64,000 nt of DNA, taken from Candidatus Melainabacteria bacterium 17Bon1m (lineage in GTDB: Bacteria; Cyanobacteriota; Vampirovibrionia; Obscuribacterales; Obscuribacteraceae). Made by a program: the position numbers and the translations under genes. This document shows, piece by piece, positions 20,643-29,738 of the stretch. Location of the stretch: assembly GCA_032128875.1 (NCBI GenBank), contig JAVLKG010000007.1:160001-224000 (forward strand). Reading direction: 5' to 3'. The notes below the pieces were generated by a model that worked only from the letters and a program-made list of their open reading frames with translations, did not search any database and was not told where the DNA came from. Each line of letters opens with the position of its first letter. Within the stretch, counting starts at the first letter, position 1.

Positions 20643-20921
20643 ATGGGTGTTTTCACTATTCTTCTGATCATCTTCACAGCCGCAACGACCATCTTCACTG
20701 CGACGCTGTACGGCACTCTCATTGGTGCCAATCTCTGCAAGGTGCACTACCCGACTGCAGCCCGCTGGAGTTTTCTCGGCAGCACGGTCGGCATTGTTGC
20801 ACTTCTCGCGTTCTCGGGTGATTCGTACCAGCAGGTTTGCCTCTGGATGTCGGGTCTCTCGTTGCTCGGCGTCTTCGCCTTTCTCGTCACACTGCTCATG
20901 CGCAGTGTTGATTGGAAGTAA
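20643..20921 (+). CDS. Small membrane protein (about 3 TM)
   Basis: SD gagga; three hydrophobic segments. Confidence 0.65.
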   Translation: MGVFTILLIIFTAATTIFTATLYGTLIGANLCKVHYPTAARWSFLGSTVGIVALLAFSGDSYQQVCLWMSGLSLLGVFAFLVTLLMRSVDWK

Positions 20922-21077
20922 ACGACACCAGTAGACGTTGCGTCTAACGAGTTAAGGTCCATGAAGCACAACCTCTGGAGGCGCAATCTGCCTTTAGAGG
21001 TTTTGCTTTTTGCCTGTGACTATATTATCGAAAATAGTAAGATTTTGGCTTGTAAATAGATTTTTTTAGGCAGGTGG

Positions 21078-21120
21078 CAGGTGGTCTGAATTTCTTGAGA
21101 AAATCAGACCACTTGTAACT
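21078..21120. repeat. Imperfect palindrome, copy 1 of a duplicated element
   Basis: caggtggtctgaatttcttgagaaaatcagaccacttgtaact; homologous to 26332-26375. Confidence 0.75.
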
Positions 21121-21205
21121 ACATGTTTAGGGTATTGCATGGCGGTTGCGAGAAACAGAAGCGCAGCACAAAAATAAACGCAGAAGAGGCAGTTCTCCGT
21201 CGCTG
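21121..21205 (-). pseudogene. Degenerate 3' remnant of a copy of the 26376-26645 membrane ORF
   Basis: Minus strand reads RTASSAFIFVLRFCFSQPPCNTLNM*, which aligns without gaps to KTGVFAIPFILLCCCLQAPWNDLDI*. The stop lies at the same offset from the palindrome. Confidence 0.6.
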
Positions 21206-21209
21206 CTGA

Positions 21210-24200
21210 TTATGGCTGTTCGCTTATTTTTGCGCCTTTTGAGTACTTTGCCAGCCAACTGTATATGGCTGGCAACACGAGTAGAGTGAGAAGGGTGGAG
21301 GTGACGATGCCACCAATAACTACAGTTGCCAGAGGCTTTTGAACTTCCGCTCCGGAGCTGGTCGAGAGCGCCATTGGAAAGAAGCCGAGAGATGCCACCA
21401 TTGCTGTCATAAGAACCGGTCTCAATCGCACTTCGCAGGCGCGGCGAATAGCTGAATCGGGCTGCATGCCGTCTTCAATCAATCGGTTTATATAGGAGAC
21501 AAGAACAAGCCCATTCAATACCGCCACGCCAAAAAGGGCGACGAAGCCGATGCAAGCCGGCACGCTGAGATACATGCCACGCACCCACAAGGCCACCACT
21601 CCTCCGATCAAAGCGAAAGGCACATTTAGTAAGACCAAGAGAGCATGCTTGATTGAAGCAAAGGTGATTGTAAGCAAGAGAAAAATTATCAAGATTGAAA
21701 GCGGCACCACCAGAGTGAGTTTTTTCATTGCCCTCTGTTGATTCTCGAATTGACCGCTCCACTGCATGTAATATCCTGGAGGCAATTTGAGCGAAACCAG
21801 CTTGCGCTGGGCTTCTTGTACAAAAGACCCAACGTCGCGATTGCGCACATTGCATTGCACGACAATGCGCCGCTGTGCGAACTCTCGATTTATTACATTG
21901 ACACCTTCGTTGACTTCTATATTTGCTACTTGAGAAAGTGGCAAGCGCTTACCAGCAGAGTTTTGCACGATCAGATTTTGCACCGCTTTAGGATCAATGT
22001 TGCTCCCTTCCGGAAACTTCACTCTCAAATCAAACCGCTTGCGGCCTTCCAGTACCTCCGAGACAGGCATGCCCATTATTGCAGTCTGTACAACTGTCTG
22101 AATTTCGTTAACATTGACGGCGTATCGAGCCATGCGGTCACGATCGGGTGTGATTAGTAATTGGCCACTGCCAGTCAATTTTTCTACTTGTAGGTCCGTT
22201 TCTCCTTTGACAGTCTGAAGGACTTTCTCTACGGCAGTGGCTAGGTCAGCCAGGGTGTCGAGGTCATCACCAAATATTTTTACCGCTACATCCGAACGCA
22301 CTCCGGAGACGAGTTCGTCAACGCGCATGGCTATGAGTTGGGTAAAGCTGAAATTTCCACCGGGTACCTGTTTTTTTAGACGACTTCTCAGTTCATCTAC
22401 AAGCTTTTCCTTGGTCATTGCCGGACGCCATTTCTCTCGAGGTTGGAGAATTACATAAGCATCAGTTTGATTGACACTCATTGGATCTGTTGCCAGATCT
22501 GGCCTTCCTGTTCGGCAAACTACAGTTTTGATCTCAGGAACATCTTCTATAGCCTGCTCAATAATGTTGGAAACTTTTACTGCCTCTGGAAGTGAAATGC
22601 TGGGCAAGTTACGCGTTTCGATAATTATGTTTCCTTCCTCCAGTCTAGGCACGAATTCAGTGCCCAAAAGCGGAAGCGTAATCATGGTGATAACCAGCAT
22701 GGCAATTGCCACCATCATGGTGAGACGCCGATTGCGCAGGCACCAATCAAGACTGGAAAGATAGGGGCGTTTAATGGCATTGATGATAAAACTCTCCCAC
22801 TCCTTTACCTTGCCTCGCAGCAATAGCGAGCAAAGCACAGGCGTGAGCGTGAGGGCAATTATCAGTGAGCCAAGTAGAGCAAAGCAGACCGTAAAAACCA
22901 TTGGCGAAAACATTTTGTATTCCATGCCTTCCAGCGTCAGGATAGGCATATAAACAATGGTGATAATCAAGACACCAAACAAGATCGGTCTAGCCATTTC
23001 ACGCACCGATTCCTGAATGATTTGCAGATTACTGAATTCTTGATCTGGATTGTGAGCCAATCGGCGCAGACAGTTTTCAACCATGACAATTGAGCCGTCG
23101 ACGATCATTCCGAAATCGACGGCGCCCAAACTCATAATGTTCGCTGTGATGCCTAGTTCCTTCATGCCCATGAATGAAAACATCATTGAAATCGGAATCG
23201 CAGCCGCGACAATCAGGGCCGCGCGCAAATTGCCGAGCATAAGCAAGAGGACGAGAATTACCAGGGCGCCGCCTTCAATCAGGTTGGTTCCAACTGTATG
23301 AATGGTCTCTTCAACCAGGATTGATTGATCGTAAAACGGCTTGAGCGTTATACCTTCTGGCAATGTCGACTTGATTTGCTCTATGCGCTCTTTGACACGC
23401 TCAATTACTTCACGACTGTTTTCTCCTTTGAGCATCATTACGATGCCTGTTACCACTTCTCCCGCGCCGCTCATGGTTGCAGCACCCTGTCTGGGAGCAG
23501 TGCCTATATTGACACTGCCGATGGTGCGTACAAAAATAGGCACACCATTATGGGACTTGACGATAATATTCTCAATATCGGCTATTCCGCGCACCCGTCC
23601 TGTTCCGCGCACTGTGTACTGTTCGGCATCATGATTGATGATGCCGGCTCCGAAATTGTCATTGTTTTTTCTTAGCGCTTCAAAAACGTCTTGCACTGTC
23701 AGACTATATTGCTGTAGCTTGATTGGAGAGATGGTAACGATGTATTCCTGTGTTTCGCCTCCAAATGTATTTACTTCTGCAATTCCCGGCACCGATCGCA
23801 GCTGATACTTGATCTGCCAGTCTTGCAGGGTTTTCAAATCTGTCAGGCTGTATGACTTGCCTTCGACAACATAGTGATAGATTTCTCCCATCGCCGTTGC
23901 CACCGGACCGAGCTGCGGATCGATGCCCTTAGGCAGGCGTGCGCGGGCTGATTGCAGTCTTTCGAACACCAGTTGACGCGCGAAGTAAATGTTGACTTTG
24001 TCCTCAAAGACGACGGAAACGACAGATAGTCCAAACTTGGACAATGATCGTACTTGAGTGACATAAGGCAAGCCGTTCATGATTGATTCAATGGGTATAG
24101 TCACCAGTTGCTCAGCTTCAAGAGGTGCCATTCCTGGGGCATCCGTAAGGATTTGCACCTGGTTGTTGGCTAAATCTGGAAAAGCATCAATCGGCAGAGT

Positions 24201-24293
24201 GACAAGAGCTTGAATCCCTCCAGCCAATACGAACAAGAAGAAAATGCAAACAGGTAAACGATGTTTGACTAAGTTGGCGAAAAAACTCTCCAT
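21210..24293 (-). CDS. czcA: CusA/CzcA family heavy-metal efflux RND permease
   Basis: LPIDAFPD, LGPVATAMGEIY, NIMSLGAVDFGMIVDGSIVMVEN, RLRPVLMTA, GAEVQKPLATVVIGG; 1027 aa. Confidence 0.93.
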   Translation of the reverse strand: MESFFANLVKHRLPVCIFFLFVLAGGIQALVTLPIDAFPDLANNQVQILTDAPGMAPLEAEQLVTIPIESIMNGLPYVTQVRSLSKFGLSVVSVVFEDKVNIYFARQLVFERLQSARARLPKGIDPQLGPVATAMGEIYHYVVEGKSYSLTDLKTLQDWQIKYQLRSVPGIAEVNTFGGETQEYIVTISPIKLQQYSLTVQDVFEALRKNNDNFGAGIINHDAEQYTVRGTGRVRGIADIENIIVKSHNGVPIFVRTIGSVNIGTAPRQGAATMSGAGEVVTGIVMMLKGENSREVIERVKERIEQIKSTLPEGITLKPFYDQSILVEETIHTVGTNLIEGGALVILVLLLMLGNLRAALIVAAAIPISMMFSFMGMKELGITANIMSLGAVDFGMIVDGSIVMVENCLRRLAHNPDQEFSNLQIIQESVREMARPILFGVLIITIVYMPILTLEGMEYKMFSPMVFTVCFALLGSLIIALTLTPVLCSLLLRGKVKEWESFIINAIKRPYLSSLDWCLRNRRLTMMVAIAMLVITMITLPLLGTEFVPRLEEGNIIIETRNLPSISLPEAVKVSNIIEQAIEDVPEIKTVVCRTGRPDLATDPMSVNQTDAYVILQPREKWRPAMTKEKLVDELRSRLKKQVPGGNFSFTQLIAMRVDELVSGVRSDVAVKIFGDDLDTLADLATAVEKVLQTVKGETDLQVEKLTGSGQLLITPDRDRMARYAVNVNEIQTVVQTAIMGMPVSEVLEGRKRFDLRVKFPEGSNIDPKAVQNLIVQNSAGKRLPLSQVANIEVNEGVNVINREFAQRRIVVQCNVRNRDVGSFVQEAQRKLVSLKLPPGYYMQWSGQFENQQRAMKKLTLVVPLSILIIFLLLTITFASIKHALLVLLNVPFALIGGVVALWVRGMYLSVPACIGFVALFGVAVLNGLVLVSYINRLIEDGMQPDSAIRRACEVRLRPVLMTAMVASLGFFPMALSTSSGAEVQKPLATVVIGGIVTSTLLTLLVLPAIYSWLAKYSKGAKISEQP

Positions 24294-25507
24294 CAGCGTT
24301 CACCTGCCATCGTGCCTTTGAGCATTTCAGCTTTCAGTGTGAAACTGCCTTTGGCGACGATTAACTGCCCAGGCTTAATTCCATGTGCAATCAGATAGCC
24401 GTCTTCAAGCTCCTTAGCTGGTTCGACCACCTGTTTTTTGAAAGAGCCATCGGGCTCGACCAGGAAAACGAATTGTTCTTTGCCATACTTCTGAAGCGCG
24501 TCTTCAGGAATATATGCCAACTGTTCTGCCCGGTGCTGCTCTATTCTTACCTGCCCCACCATGCCTGGTTTCAAGTCCATATGTGGATTGTCGAGCACTG
24601 CTCGGGCGACGTAAGTTCCACTGCTATCTTCTGAAGACGGCTTGATGTAGCTCAACCTACTTCTGAGCACGCGCCCGGGAATTCCATCGGTTGTAAACGT
24701 GACTGAATCGCCTTCCTTGATGCTCTGAATTTGTTTGTCATAAACATTGATATCAAGCCAGACATGGCTCAAATCTCCAACCACGTACAGCGGTTCTATA
24801 TTGGAGACGACATCTCCTACCGTCACGGTCTTTTTGATGATCACTCCACCTCGCGGTGTGGTGATCGGGCTGCTGCTCTCAATGTGCGCCACGCTCGTAT
24901 CGCCGAGCTTGACTCCGTAGGCTGCCAGCATTGACCGGGCTTCTTCACGAATGTGAATTGCGTGTTCTTTCAAACCTCTGAGCGTTTCTTCTTCTAGTTT
25001 TTTGTCTGATTCAGCCTTTATGTAGTCCTTCTCGGCAGCGATTTTCTCTTCATACAACCCTCGAATACGGTCGTAGTTTTTCTTGGCAAGCGCAAGGCGA
25101 GTCTGAGACAGCTCGGTCTCGATTTGATTCTGGTGTGACTGGTGAATGAAGTCCCCGTATACCTTTGCCACATCCAAGTTTTGAACGATCGCCAGCGTCT
25201 GACCGGGATGAATGATGTCGCCGAGCATCACCTTGTCACTAATGACTCGCCCGCCAGACAAAGAATTGATGTGAAATACACGATTCTCATCAGCTTTGAT
25301 CGTGCCTGTTGTGGAGAACGTCTGAATATCAGGTCTTTGCCCGACCGTAACCACACTCAAGCCGAAATGTTCAATCGCCACTGGAGACAATGTGATTCGG
25401 TCGACCGGTTTGGCAGTCTCTGCGGGCTTCTCGAGAGTCTCTGGTCGTGAGCAGCCGGCAATACCGATGCACAAAACCAGCAATATAATTACTAGTCTAT
25501 ATTTCAT
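24293..25507 (-). CDS. czcB: RND efflux periplasmic adaptor (CzcB/CusB-like)
   Basis: Lipoprotein-like signal (IGIAGC); PRGGVI, DLSHVW, LKPGM; stop overlaps the czcA start (TGATG). Confidence 0.88.
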   Translation of the reverse strand: MKYRLVIILLVLCIGIAGCSRPETLEKPAETAKPVDRITLSPVAIEHFGLSVVTVGQRPDIQTFSTTGTIKADENRVFHINSLSGGRVISDKVMLGDIIHPGQTLAIVQNLDVAKVYGDFIHQSHQNQIETELSQTRLALAKKNYDRIRGLYEEKIAAEKDYIKAESDKKLEEETLRGLKEHAIHIREEARSMLAAYGVKLGDTSVAHIESSSPITTPRGGVIIKKTVTVGDVVSNIEPLYVVGDLSHVWLDINVYDKQIQSIKEGDSVTFTTDGIPGRVLRSRLSYIKPSSEDSSGTYVARAVLDNPHMDLKPGMVGQVRIEQHRAEQLAYIPEDALQKYGKEQFVFLVEPDGSFKKQVVEPAKELEDGYLIAHGIKPGQLIVAKGSFTLKAEMLKGTMAGER

Positions 25508-25638
25508 TTTTTAGGTTCCAGACTGACTCTTCATTGACACGCTTTAAGCCAAGCGTGCTAAATCTTTCCGCGCTAAAGCAAAAGGAACATTGCTCACTCG
25601 TGCGCGCATTCCAGCAAACGCACAAGCCGCTGGTCCTT

Positions 25639-26031
25639 TTAGATCAGCAGCGCCCGATTGATTATGTATAGTCTGGTTGCAGGTTGATCTGTCTTCTGCG
25701 CTTTTGGAGGCCCACGTTGACTGCTATTTTCAGCAAGTATTTGCCGTCGGTTAAACGTAACCCTGACGATCGAATGCCAGGCAGGCGTCTGGGGCTGTAC
25801 GCTTATGTCTTTGGGATCTAATCTTGATGCGACAACGGCGTCGTGAAGGTGCCCTTCCAGGTAGGAATCTGGGTCTGTGGGAGACAGAAGTGTGCACAGG
25901 GAATTGTCAGCCGCAGCCGCATGTGCAACTGAAGAAACAGATAGCTGGTCGGGCGCACCCATATCATGCAACAGTGTGCCTGTCCAAAGAAGGACAAATA
26001 GCATCAGTGTTAGCAATAATTTGCGGGACAT
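25639..26031 (-). CDS. Small exported protein upstream of czcBA (DUF2946/CzcI-like)
   Basis: Hydrophobic N-terminus, His residues (GHLHD) and a C-proximal RGPP motif, as in small ORFs preceding metal-transport operons. Confidence 0.5.
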   Translation of the reverse strand: MSRKLLLTLMLFVLLWTGTLLHDMGAPDQLSVSSVAHAAAADNSLCTLLSPTDPDSYLEGHLHDAVVASRLDPKDISVQPQTPAWHSIVRVTFNRRQILAENSSQRGPPKAQKTDQPATRLYIINRALLI

Positions 26032-26258
26032 GAACTCGAGCATTTGCCTCAAGATGAATGCATTATTCATAGCATAGCTCAGAAGCTGGTAGGACAGTCT
26101 CATCCTTGCGGATGACGGGTTGTTTGCTTTTAGGTAGTCAGAACGGTTAGTAAAAAATCTTCTTCGTAATAAGCATTTGTTTCGCCTAAATGTGTGACAA
26201 GCCTCACATAGGATTGTGTGAGTTTGATATGGTGAATTTGTAGCTTAAGGAACCTTGT

Positions 26259-26327
26259 ATGTCCACGAACTTGAATATTGACGAAGAGCTTTTGTCCGAA
26301 GCATTGCGTCTACCCCAAGATTTTTAG
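26259..26327 (+). pseudogene. Truncated VapB-like antitoxin
   Basis: SD aagga; MSTNLNIDEELLSEALRL resembles the RHH VapB N-terminus (MxTNIxIDDELLxEALRL); stops after 22 aa; no VapC follows. Confidence 0.65.
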
Positions 26328-26331
26328 CATT

Positions 26332-26375
26332 TTACAGGTGGTATGAATTTCTCGAGAAATTCATACCACCTGTAA
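26332..26375. repeat. Perfect 44-bp palindrome, copy 2
   Basis: ttacaggtggtatgaatttct-cg-agaaattcataccacctgtaa is its own reverse complement. Confidence 0.85.
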
Positions 26376-26645
26376 CTAGATGTCTAGGTCATTCCATGGT
26401 GCTTGCAAGCAACAACAGAGAAGTATGAAAGGAATCGCAAACACACCTGTTTTCAGAATGAAGATGCCACTAATTAGAAAACCACAGCTCCAATAATGGT
26501 CAACGGGACCACCCTTGTCTGCGAACGTCATAACTAAATAAAAGACCGAGAGAGAGACTGAAAATATAGACGGGAGTGCAAGCAGGAAAGCCAGTATTCG
26601 AAGCGGTTGTGGAACTTTGAATTTGCGTTTTGGATAGCTACTCAT
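26376..26645 (-). CDS. Small two-TM hypothetical protein
   Basis: 89 aa with two hydrophobic segments; a degenerate copy of its 3' end lies at about 21121-21205. Confidence 0.55.
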   Translation of the reverse strand: MSSYPKRKFKVPQPLRILAFLLALPSIFSVSLSVFYLVMTFADKGGPVDHYWSCGFLISGIFILKTGVFAIPFILLCCCLQAPWNDLDI

Positions 26646-26876
26646 AGTCTTTTCCGATTGGGAAACCTGAGTAGAACACAGGTGTTTCAGCGAAATCCTA
26701 TGAATTACCCTATTTTTGTTCTAGGTAAGACATTAAGTAGTAGGGTTAAAACAAAGAACGAAGAAGCAGAAGAGGTGGGAGTCTTGGAAGGTAAGATTGT
26801 GCCGAGCGAACCGATGCTCGCCCGGCACAAAATTTATTTGGTTAGCAGGCAATTCGAGTTAGCTTGGTTCGACTGC

Positions 26877-27386
26877 TTAGTCGCCTCCGCCACCTCCACA
26901 ACTGCTGCCGCCACCACCACAGCTCGAGCCGCTGGAGCAGCTGGAACCGCCGGAGCAGCTCGAACCACCATAGTAGCCACCCGAGGATGATCCGCCGGAA
27001 CGACGACCGCGACTGCCACTGCCACCACGACGCTTGCGCGGAGGCGTGCGTTTGCTGGACGTGGAAGTCGGCCAGGACGAGGACTGCATAGGTGCTGGTG
27101 CCGGCGTTGGCTTGTCCTTGCTCAGACTGATGGGAGCCGGAGTGACAGGCGTGGGGACAACACGTGCGCGCGATTCCGCCAGTCGGTCCTCAAACCTCGT
27201 GCGCGTTGCCTCTCGCGTGGCTTCACGTGCTGCTTCGCGGGCAGCGGTGGCACGGCGAGCGGCGGCCAGACGCGATTCTTCGCGGATGCGTGCTTGCTTG
27301 CGTTCCCAGCCGATGACAAATATCACCAGCGAAACAACGCTGACCAGCGCGGCTGCGATCAGAACGTAACTCTGAAACTCGGTCAT
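26877..27386 (-). CDS. Single-TM protein with a C-terminal Ser/Gly/Cys tail
   Basis: SD ggag; N-terminal TM, Arg-rich helix, tail GGYYGGSSCSGGSSCSSGSSCGGGGSSCGGGGGD. Confidence 0.8.
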   Translation of the reverse strand: MTEFQSYVLIAAALVSVVSLVIFVIGWERKQARIREESRLAAARRATAAREAAREATREATRTRFEDRLAESRARVVPTPVTPAPISLSKDKPTPAPAPMQSSSWPTSTSSKRTPPRKRRGGSGSRGRRSGGSSSGGYYGGSSCSGGSSCSSGSSCGGGGSSCGGGGGD

Positions 27387-27464
27387 GTTTGCACTCCATT
27401 TTCACTTTCGGAAAAGGTAGGAGGCGAGAAAACCACTTGTGTGGATCGCTCGCCTCCGAGTGCC

Positions 27465-27965
27465 TTAGGGCGCTTTGCGTCCTTTGGCGATCACGTTCTT
27501 TCGGTTTCCCGGACCCCAGACTGCAACGGGCGGCTCACCGAAGTGTTTCCGGTAAGACTCCAGCGTTTTCAGATACTGGTTGGCGAAAACCGCCTCATCA
27601 CCTGGCTCTCCCTGACCGGGGTCATGGTGAATGAGCTTGCCGACGACGTCGCCAAGCTCTTCCCAATACGAGCGAGTGAAGATGAGGTGCGTGTGCCACA
27701 CTTCATCAACCACGAAGGACGGAGTGACAGGGTGGTCGCAAACCGCAGCCAGGAAGATGAAGCGCTTGTACTCTTCAATCGCCTGCTGCGCGAATTCGAT
27801 GGACCAGTCCTGCTCATCCGCCAAACGCATCGAGAAAGGGTACGGAGCACCCTGTTTGTCGATGCGAAATTCTAAGATTTGCCGGCGAAGTGAGGCTATA
27901 TCAGCGACTTTACTCGGAGTTGTGCGTGCCGTCGCGGCAGCGCAATCAGGGAAGTAGGCAGCCAA
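27465..27965 (-). CDS. Stand-alone glycine-rich-domain-containing-protein (GRDP)-like domain protein
   Basis: TTG start behind SD gaggag; FSMRLADEQDWS, AIEEYKRFIFL, VTPSFVVDEVWHTHLIFTRSY, IHHDP, YLKTLESYRKHFGEPP-x3-W. Confidence 0.8.
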   Translation of the reverse strand: MAAYFPDCAAATARTTPSKVADIASLRRQILEFRIDKQGAPYPFSMRLADEQDWSIEFAQQAIEEYKRFIFLAAVCDHPVTPSFVVDEVWHTHLIFTRSYWEELGDVVGKLIHHDPGQGEPGDEAVFANQYLKTLESYRKHFGEPPVAVWGPGNRKNVIAKGRKAP

Positions 27966-28035
27966 TTCGAATTCTCCTCTTTACTGTTGCAATCAGCGAT
28001 TCAGGCGAACCGCGTGCAAATGTGTGGAAATTCGA

Positions 28036-29193
28036 TTAGCCGCCGCCGCCGCAACCGCCACCACCGCCGCCACCACAGCTGCTGCCGCCGCTGCTGCAGG
28101 ACGAGCCTGAGCTGGAGCTGCAAGAAGAGCCGGAGCTGGACGAGGAGCTGCAAGACGGCGTGCTGGGAGTGCTGCAGCTCGGAGCGACCGGAGGCACGTA
28201 GCCGCTGTCGCTGGAGCTGGAGCCGGAGTCGCGACGCGGTTCGTCGTCATTGCGACGAATGGTCTCGGAAAGCAGAACACCAGCAACGACGCCGGCGCCG
28301 GCAGCCGCAGCAGTGTTGATGCCATCGTTGTCGCCACGACGACGGTTGTCGTCATCGCCATCCGGTGCGTCGACACCACCGGCGGTGCCGCCAGTGCGGT
28401 TGCGACGGCTGTCGCTGAGGCGTCCTTCGAAGCCGCTGCCGGGCTTGCGCGTGGTCGGGCGAGCCGGAGGCGTGTAGGTCGAGGACGGACGGCGCGGCGG
28501 GAAGATGAGCCGTGCGAGGAGCGCGACGGCAATGACGCCGCCCGCAATGATCAGCAGAGTAGTGCCGATGCCCATGGAATTGTCTCCTTCGGTGGTGCCG
28601 GAAGTCGGCTGATTGCCGCCGCCGGAATTGGCAGGCGGATAAACTTTGGAGGTGACGATTGCGTTGAGGTTGTTGACGATGCGCACCGGAACGGATGCCG
28701 GATCGCTTGCGAGGTAGGAGCGAAGAACAGGCATGACGGGCCCGTTCGGATCATTCATCGTGGCGCGCATGATGCCGAGGTTATTGAGATAACCACCGGC
28801 GCGAACACCAACGGAAGTGAGCGTGTGCCTATCTCCGGTCATGAGGACGATGACGGCGCGGTCGGACTTGAACGCGACATCGGCGGTCCATCTGGTCCAG
28901 AGATTGCGCACCAGAACCGGTCCTGCCTGACGTGCATCACTGCCGGCATCGTCGCCCGAAGCCGTGATGATGACATACACGTCGAGATTGTGGACTCTTG
29001 CTGCATTTCCGATTTCGGTCTTGAACGCCTGCGTTGCGTATGTGCCCTCGAAGGACGCATCCACGCCGGGAGCGATATAGACCGTTTGTCCTGCATTGTA
29101 GGTTGGCAGCCAGCTCGTTTGAGCGGCAGCGGTTCCAACCAGTGCGAAGAACATCAGCAAGAGCAGCGGAATTGTGTTCAGCAGTCTTTTCAT
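28036..29193 (-). CDS. Signal peptide, TPM-like extracytoplasmic domain, TM helix and C-terminal Ser/Gly/Cys tail
   Basis: ATG at 29193 behind SD aggag; signal ending AAA; DVYVII...DRAVIVLM...VGVRAG resembles TPM/DUF477; tail PSCSTPSTPSCSSSSSSGSSCSSSSGSSCSSGGSSCGGGGGGGCGGGG. Confidence 0.78.
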   Translation of the reverse strand: MKRLLNTIPLLLLMFFALVGTAAAQTSWLPTYNAGQTVYIAPGVDASFEGTYATQAFKTEIGNAARVHNLDVYVIITASGDDAGSDARQAGPVLVRNLWTRWTADVAFKSDRAVIVLMTGDRHTLTSVGVRAGGYLNNLGIMRATMNDPNGPVMPVLRSYLASDPASVPVRIVNNLNAIVTSKVYPPANSGGGNQPTSGTTEGDNSMGIGTTLLIIAGGVIAVALLARLIFPPRRPSSTYTPPARPTTRKPGSGFEGRLSDSRRNRTGGTAGGVDAPDGDDDNRRRGDNDGINTAAAAGAGVVAGVLLSETIRRNDDEPRRDSGSSSSDSGYVPPVAPSCSTPSTPSCSSSSSSGSSCSSSSGSSCSSGGSSCGGGGGGGCGGGG

Positions 29194-29738
29194 GTGTGTA
29201 CTCCTGTTCAGGCGATTGCTAATCGCGCTGTTAGAGATTTCGTAACTCCGGCTTCGTTTCACCAAAACCACAAGACATGCAGACCCACCACACGAGAACA
29301 TGTGTGCGACTTCGCGCGGAAGTAGAGCTAAAGGGTTAGGAGTCTGGGAATTCGGTCTGGGTGCAGAGAAGAAGGAGTCACTTACTTTTCTGACAGAAAA
29401 TGACCCAAAGTACTTGTAAATAGAGCTGTTACAGTGATGCTTTACATCTTTCAATTAGCTTGCTCACAGGAGCGGAAGCTCTTACTGGTTGCGGCACATG
29501 AGAGATCGGTGTTCTCCAGCAACAATACTTGGAGCCAAAACAGCGAGAAAAATCAGAAAGCAAACCTCCTGTTGTCAAGAAACGCTAGGCAGCGCGAGCA
29601 TTGCTTCTTATTCAAATGTGGCTGTTAGATGCCTTTTCCAGTGCTTGATGTCAAGTGGTTGCGTGGTGCTGTTTCGCACAAAAGCAGCGCCGATGAAATG
29701 GCGCTAAAATCGCATCTACCGAGTAGGAGTTTCAAAAA

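Noticed and set aside
26332-26375. Palindrome as a CRISPR repeat or integron attC
   Set aside because: There are only two copies 5 kb apart, with no spacers or cas genes. It lacks the RYYYAAC/GTTRRRY ends and extrahelical bases of attC.
27387-27464. GRDP-like and 169-aa genes are in the same frame, so they could be one broken or read-through gene
   Set aside because: The 78-nt spacer has a second in-frame stop (TGA), a hairpin (ggaggcgag/ctcgcctcc) and its own SD, so separate genes are more likely.
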